Positions 15,991 through 20,000 of a DNA stretch of 20,000 nucleotides are shown in pieces. Source of the DNA: an uncultured virus (IMG/VR IMGVR_UViG_3300023109_000016) (Duplodnaviria > Heunggongvirae > Uroviricota > Caudoviricetes). The notes below the pieces were generated by a model, which worked only from the letters and a program-made list of their open reading frames with translations, searched no databases and was not told the DNA's origin. The DNA lies in IMG/VR virus record IMGVR_UViG_3300023109_000016, one strand, 5' to 3'. Both the position numbers and the translations under genes were made by a program. Each line of letters begins with the position of its first letter. Position 1 is the first letter of the stretch.

Positions 15991-16063
15991 TTCCATCAAA
16001 CACCACCGATGGCGAAGCAATTAAGCACGAAATAATGGTTGGATTTAGGATTGAGGAGTATCC

Positions 16064-16495
16064 TTAAGGTTCTGGATATGTTTCATTAATTAAAAAGATG
16101 GTTCTTTGGACAGAATAGTCTATATTATGAATTTGAATTTCGTCTTTCAAGAAATTAAATAAGGTTTCGTTTAAAGGTTTAGAATAGGTGATGTCAAAGC
16201 AATGGTGTGAAAATTCATACTGTGAACCTCCTCCGACTACTTCTTCCCAATCATAACCCCATGCTGACGCTATGCACCCAACAATAAATCCTTCAATGGA
16301 GTAATCTCCAGTATAGAGTTCAGGCAATTTAGAATATTCTTTATCCATATCAAAAGGACAAATATAATGGACTACATGACCAAAACCACCCTCCGTATCT
16401 TCATATTGACATTTAATGATAGTTGCGGTATAAGGAGGCTCATTAAGATTCCCTCTATTAGGATGAAATCCCCAATTCATAAAATTATCATTCAT
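16064..16495 (-). CDS. FMNWG-leader family protein 3
   Basis: Start moved to 16495 (MNDNFMNWGF; GGAG SD; follows upstream stop). Confidence 0.75.
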   Translation of the reverse strand: MNDNFMNWGFHPNRGNLNEPPYTATIIKCQYEDTEGGFGHVVHYICPFDMDKEYSKLPELYTGDYSIEGFIVGCIASAWGYDWEEVVGGGSQYEFSHHCFDITYSKPLNETLFNFLKDEIQIHNIDYSVQRTIFLINETYPEP

Positions 16496-16497
16496 TC

Positions 16498-17106
16498 TTA
16501 TAACTCCTGAATAGATGTAAGCCAAATAGAGGTTGTTTCTATTTCATTATTTGTTATCATACTCATATTTGCAATCAATTTAGGATGTTTTGGAGTTTTT
16601 GTTAATTCAATAATTCTTCCTTCTACCCATTCCAATTCCTTTAAAAGGAAAGGTTCTATAACTCTTTCATACCAATCTGAACCTTCTCTTATCATTTGTT
16701 GAACATCGTCTGGAACCCCATCTACACAATCATATATATAATCATTTTCACAATTTGGCAATTCGGCAGGGAAATAATCATTCCACATATTTGGAAGTGT
16801 AATTTTTATACCTAATACTTCAATAGGAAAGAAAACATCTGCAAATGGCATAGTCCCATCCTCTATAACTGTAAATTCTGCGTTATCTCTTCCATATAAA
16901 TATTCCCTAATAATATCAAAAACTCCTCTAATTATTACCTTTTTAATAGAATTAATACTATAATTCCCACCAGAGATATAAATGTCTTCAGCATCACCCC
17001 TTGTCATATCTTCCCACCAAAAATAGCCTGTTTTACACAAGACCCAACCCGATGCGTTTTTAGAAGGTGCAAAGCCCCAATTCATAAAACTTAAACTATC
17101 CTCCAT
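16498..17106 (-). CDS. FMNWG-leader family protein 2
   Basis: Start moved to 17106 (MEDSLSFMNWGFAPSKNASGW; GGAG SD at 17115-17118). Confidence 0.78.
   Translation of the reverse strand: MEDSLSFMNWGFAPSKNASGWVLCKTGYFWWEDMTRGDAEDIYISGGNYSINSIKKVIIRGVFDIIREYLYGRDNAEFTVIEDGTMPFADVFFPIEVLGIKITLPNMWNDYFPAELPNCENDYIYDCVDGVPDDVQQMIREGSDWYERVIEPFLLKELEWVEGRIIELTKTPKHPKLIANMSMITNNEIETTSIWLTSIQEL
17048..17089. repeat. 42-bp perfect direct repeat, copy A
   Basis: cccgatgcgtttttagaaggtgcaaagccccaattcataaaa, identical to 17634-17675. Confidence 0.95.
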
Positions 17107-17110
17107 TATT

Positions 17111-17671
17111 TCAACTCCATAGTTTTTGTAAATGAATGGCATTTATTGAAACATAATCATAGTCTATCAATTGATATTCTACAAGTTGAGCGGATTTCTC
17201 CTCCTCTACCTTTTGAACAATTTCAGAATTAGTAATCTCTCCTACTGTTTGGTCAACGAATCTTCTTACACCCTCTTTAAGCCAATCATCATCTTCTGTA
17301 ATAGGCTCAATAGTTTCTCTAATTCTCTCATAATCATCTTCAATTTCTTCATCAATTAAAATGGGAAACCAATATTCCAAATCGGTTGGAAAACTAACAG
17401 ACTTCCCTAAGATTTTTAAAGAATAACCTCCCACACCAAATTCTAATTCTTCCAAAACTCTATATGCTATATTGTCCATTTCATAAAAATAGTAGTTTAA
17501 TCTATCCCATAGAAGATTAAGCAATAATTCTTTAAAGGGCTTTTCTAATGAATAACTCGTTCCGGGATAATTATACACATCTCTGGCTCTCATATCGGAA
17601 TACCAATAATTTGAAGAACAATGAAAAATCCATCCCGATGCGTTTTTAGAAGGTGCAAAGCCCCAATTCAT
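17111..17671 (-). CDS. FMNWG-leader family protein 1
   Basis: MNWGFAPSKNASGW N-terminus; paralogous to 16498-17106; may start at ATC 17689. Confidence 0.8.
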   Translation of the reverse strand: MNWGFAPSKNASGWIFHCSSNYWYSDMRARDVYNYPGTSYSLEKPFKELLLNLLWDRLNYYFYEMDNIAYRVLEELEFGVGGYSLKILGKSVSFPTDLEYWFPILIDEEIEDDYERIRETIEPITEDDDWLKEGVRRFVDQTVGEITNSEIVQKVEEEKSAQLVEYQLIDYDYVSINAIHLQKLWS

Positions 17672-17675
17672 AAAA
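17634..17675. repeat. 42-bp perfect direct repeat, copy B
   Basis: Identical to 17048-17089. Confidence 0.95.
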
Positions 17676-17690
17676 GAATTAGATGAGATT

Positions 17691-18236
17691 TTATCCCCTC
17701 CTTAGATATTCTAACCCCATGATGGTAGCCACAACTCCTGTAAGCAAACCAATTCTTGGCCTTAATTCCTTTGATTCATCATTAGACATTGAATCTTCTG
17801 CCCTAATGGTTGGTGCAGGTTCTTTCCTTAGTCCAAAAATGTTCATCCACCATCCTCCAACATAAGTCGTCATCTTTTTAAATGCTCCAGAACCGGGAGC
17901 CACATTGGAAAGATATTCAAAATCTTGGGGGTCTGCACTTGTTACAGGAGTTCCATAATAAGGATTAGGGTTGTTAATTTGCCTTGGCATACCTCCTGAG
18001 CCTGAGATAGGGTAAAGGTCTCCATTTGCATTTCTTGTGAATCCTCTTTGTGTAAATGCAGTTCCTGCTCCAACACCTGCTTGAGATTTTGTGTAATAGA
18101 TAGGACCATATGCTCCACCCGATTGCATAGAGATAATTTCTTCAGAAACACCTGTAGCCGTATTTACAATGCAATTCTTTTGAGTGTAGGCAGTTCCGCC
18201 ACTTGTAGAACTACATGGTTGCATTTCATACGACAT
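17691..18236 (-). CDS. Gly/Thr/Tyr-rich tail-anchored protein with xAE motif before the anchor
   Basis: IRAEDS then RIGLLTGVVATIMGLEYL-RRG; TATA 22 nt upstream. Confidence 0.8.
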   Translation of the reverse strand: MSYEMQPCSSTSGGTAYTQKNCIVNTATGVSEEIISMQSGGAYGPIYYTKSQAGVGAGTAFTQRGFTRNANGDLYPISGSGGMPRQINNPNPYYGTPVTSADPQDFEYLSNVAPGSGAFKKMTTYVGGWWMNIFGLRKEPAPTIRAEDSMSNDESKELRPRIGLLTGVVATIMGLEYLRRG

Positions 18237-18258
18237 AGATTATGTTTAAAGATACTGA

Positions 18259-18276
18259 TATATAAAACTTTATATG
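18259..18276. promoter_or_regulatory. Back-to-back divergent TATA boxes
   Basis: TTTATATA (- strand, 18259-18266) 22 nt from ATG 18236; TTTATATG (+ strand, 18269-18276) 21 nt from ATG 18298. Confidence 0.7.
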
Positions 18277-18297
18277 TCTGAATTATAATTTTAAAGT

Positions 18298-18960
18298 ATG
18301 TCTTACAAGACAAGCCCTTATGAACAATTTTTAAATTGGGGGTTATTAGATACGAAAGGTTCGGGGCAATCCAGACCAACAGAGTATACAATTATTGCTT
18401 ATAATATTACTGGTAGTTACATATTTGACGAGGGATATAAAATATTCAATAGGAAATACCCTGTAAGAAACTATGGTAAAAAAATAGTGTATGAAAATAG
18501 TCAAGAGGCTTTAGTATCAGAAATAAGTAAAAATTTTAAATCAGGGAGTGAGTGGAAATCCAACATTAATGAGGATTGGGCAAAAAATGCAACTAAATTA
18601 TTTGAAGAAAATTATCATACAGAAAAAGCAATGCAAGAATTTGATGATATTATAGAAACTCTCCAAAGAAATCCTAAAACGAATATTTTAAATTATTTCA
18701 CAAGTCCAGAATTTGAAATGGGCGGTGTAAATCTTATTACTTATTCTTATAAATCACATACGCATAATTATGATAGATTAACACAAAGATTTGCAGTAAT
18801 TTTTTGGACTAATCCACCTCCTAAGCCTAAAAAAGATAAAATACCTAAAGATATTGAAGAAGATTCAGGATTGCCCCATATCAGCGATAAATGGTATGAG
18901 TATGGGTATTACTATAATATGGGCGATAAGGAAAAATGGGGTCCTTATTATAGAGATTAG
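18298..18960 (+). CDS. Tyr-rich hypothetical protein with FLNWG leader variant
   Basis: 220 aa ORF, MSYKTSPYEQFLNWGL; TATA 21 nt upstream. Confidence 0.78.
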   Translation: MSYKTSPYEQFLNWGLLDTKGSGQSRPTEYTIIAYNITGSYIFDEGYKIFNRKYPVRNYGKKIVYENSQEALVSEISKNFKSGSEWKSNINEDWAKNATKLFEENYHTEKAMQEFDDIIETLQRNPKTNILNYFTSPEFEMGGVNLITYSYKSHTHNYDRLTQRFAVIFWTNPPPKPKKDKIPKDIEEDSGLPHISDKWYEYGYYYNMGDKEKWGPYYRD

Positions 18961-18987
18961 AAAAACCTTAATCCCGAAGGAGTAAGG
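18961..18987 (-). terminator. Hairpin terminator with C(UUCG)G tetraloop and U-tract
   Basis: Minus strand CCTTACTCC-TTCG-GGATTAAGG-TTTTT, 30 nt after stop at 19018, between convergent genes. Confidence 0.75.
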
Positions 18988-19017
18988 GTAATTAATACTA
19001 TTAACTTAAGATTTCAA

Positions 19018-19998
19018 TCAGGATTCTAATTCATCAAGGATGCCATCGTTGTCATCATCGGAATCTAAGTGGTCATCAGAACCATCGTTATCGTGGTCAA
19101 ATTGACCTGTTAGAGGGTTTCCATCGTTAGATTCAAACCAATCCGATAGACCATCATTATCATCATCCAAATCAGTCAGGTCCCAAATTCCATCGTTATC
19201 GTGGTCATATCTGTAGTTTCCAAATGCACCATCAACTTCATCAACATCAAGAATGTTGTCGTTATCATCGTCATCATCAACTGCATCATTCAAACCATCA
19301 TTATCGTGGTCTCTTGAAGCATCAGAACCATTTTCATAAAAATCATTCCTGTTATCAATTCCATCATTGTCAATGTCTAAATCCACATTGTCGGAAATTC
19401 CGTCGTTGTCGTGGTCGTAGATGTTGGTGTTCGGGTCGCCGTCATTGACTTCTTCGTTATCGTTTAGACCGTCGCCATCGTCATCATCGTCTTCTGAATC
19501 AACAATTCCATCATTGTCGTGGTCCATCGGCGAATCATCCATAGAATCCGGGATTCCATCGTTGTCGTCGTCGTTGTCAATGTCATTAGGGATTCCATCA
19601 CCATCATTGTCGTTTTCTCCATTTTGGTCTTGGTTGTCAAGTTGCTGACCTTGTTGATTATCGGTCTGTTGTCCTTGTTGTCCTTGTTGTCCATTTTGAG
19701 TTTGTCCCTGTTGTTGTTGGGATTGACCGTTTTGATTTTGACCATTCTGTTCCTCGGCTTGTTGCTCGGATTGTTGCCCTCCTTGTTGACCGCCCTGTTG
19801 TTGTTGACCTTGACCGTTATCTTGCTGTTGTCCTTGCTGACCTTGCTGACCTTGCTGACCTTGTTGGCCCTGCTGTCCTTGCTGTCCTTGCTGTCCTTGC
19901 TGGCCCTGCTGACCTTGCTGTCCTTGCTGTCCTTGCTGACCTTGTTGACCTTGTTGACCTTGCTGTCCTTGGCCTTGTTGTTGTCCTTGTCCTTGGCC
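19018..19998 (-). CDS. Gln/Gly-rich low-complexity protein with C-terminal thrombospondin type-3-like Ca-binding repeats (5' truncated)
   Basis: Frame is open from the window end through GQQ repeats into DNDGDGIPND...; five DHDNDG plus alternating DDDNDG-type repeats. ORF track captured only 19018-19542. Confidence 0.88.
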   Translation of the reverse strand, partial: GQGQGQQQGQGQQGQQGQQGQQGQQGQQGQQGQQGQQGQQGQQGQQGQQGQQGQQGQQQDNGQGQQQQGGQQGGQQSEQQAEEQNGQNQNGQSQQQQGQTQNGQQGQQGQQTDNQQGQQLDNQDQNGENDNDGDGIPNDIDNDDDNDGIPDSMDDSPMDHDNDGIVDSEDDDDDGDGLNDNEEVNDGDPNTNIYDHDNDGISDNVDLDIDNDGIDNRNDFYENGSDASRDHDNDGLNDAVDDDDDNDNILDVDEVDGAFGNYRYDHDNDGIWDLTDLDDDNDGLSDWFESNDGNPLTGQFDHDNDGSDDHLDSDDDNDGILDELES

Positions 19999-20000
19999 CT
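19830..20000 (-). repeat. Imperfect 9-bp tandem repeat encoding (GQQ)n
   Basis: ccttgctgt/ccttgctga/ccttgttga units on the + strand. Confidence 0.9.

Noticed and set aside
15991..16063. ncRNA or terminator in the convergent intergenic gap
   Set aside because: Only a 5-bp CCATC/GATGG stem; no tRNA-like or convincing structure
17048..17675. CRISPR array, attL/attR or DGR TR/VR pair
   Set aside because: Only two full copies 586 bp apart, both in-frame coding; no A-specific mismatches and no cas, integrase or RT in the window
19224..19745. His-rich, Ser-rich and Thr/Met-rich short ORFs
   Set aside because: Alternative-frame shadows of the Asp/Gln-repeat gene

Overview
Gene-dense, AT-rich window, almost entirely minus-strand, with about 30 CDS. 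Most are orphans and no cellular housekeeping genes are recognisable. Signals are archaeal: 16 first-in-unit genes have a TTTAARTA/TTTATATA-type box 21-22 nt before ATG (leaderless), while internal genes have GGAGG/GGTGA Shine-Dalgarno sites. The best reading is the morphogenesis/virion region of an archaeal virus or large extrachromosomal element (inference; no capsid or protease gene is recognisable here). Recognisable genes: a HerA/FtsK-superfamily ATPase with a C-terminal membrane anchor, a single-domain Get3/ArsA-family ATPase, a histone-H1-like Lys-rich protein, a small AEP-like protein and a Gln/Gly-rich thrombospondin-type-3 repeat protein. Main candidate new system: proteins built from small modules joined by a recurring acidic [FYW]-x-A-(E) / xAE-S-F-E-A linker (probable maturation-protease or targeting signal). 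Several of them end in a tail anchor and lie near a Get3-like ATPase that could insert them. A second oddity is a FMNWG-leader gene family whose bodies diverge but two members share an identical 42-bp 5' cassette.
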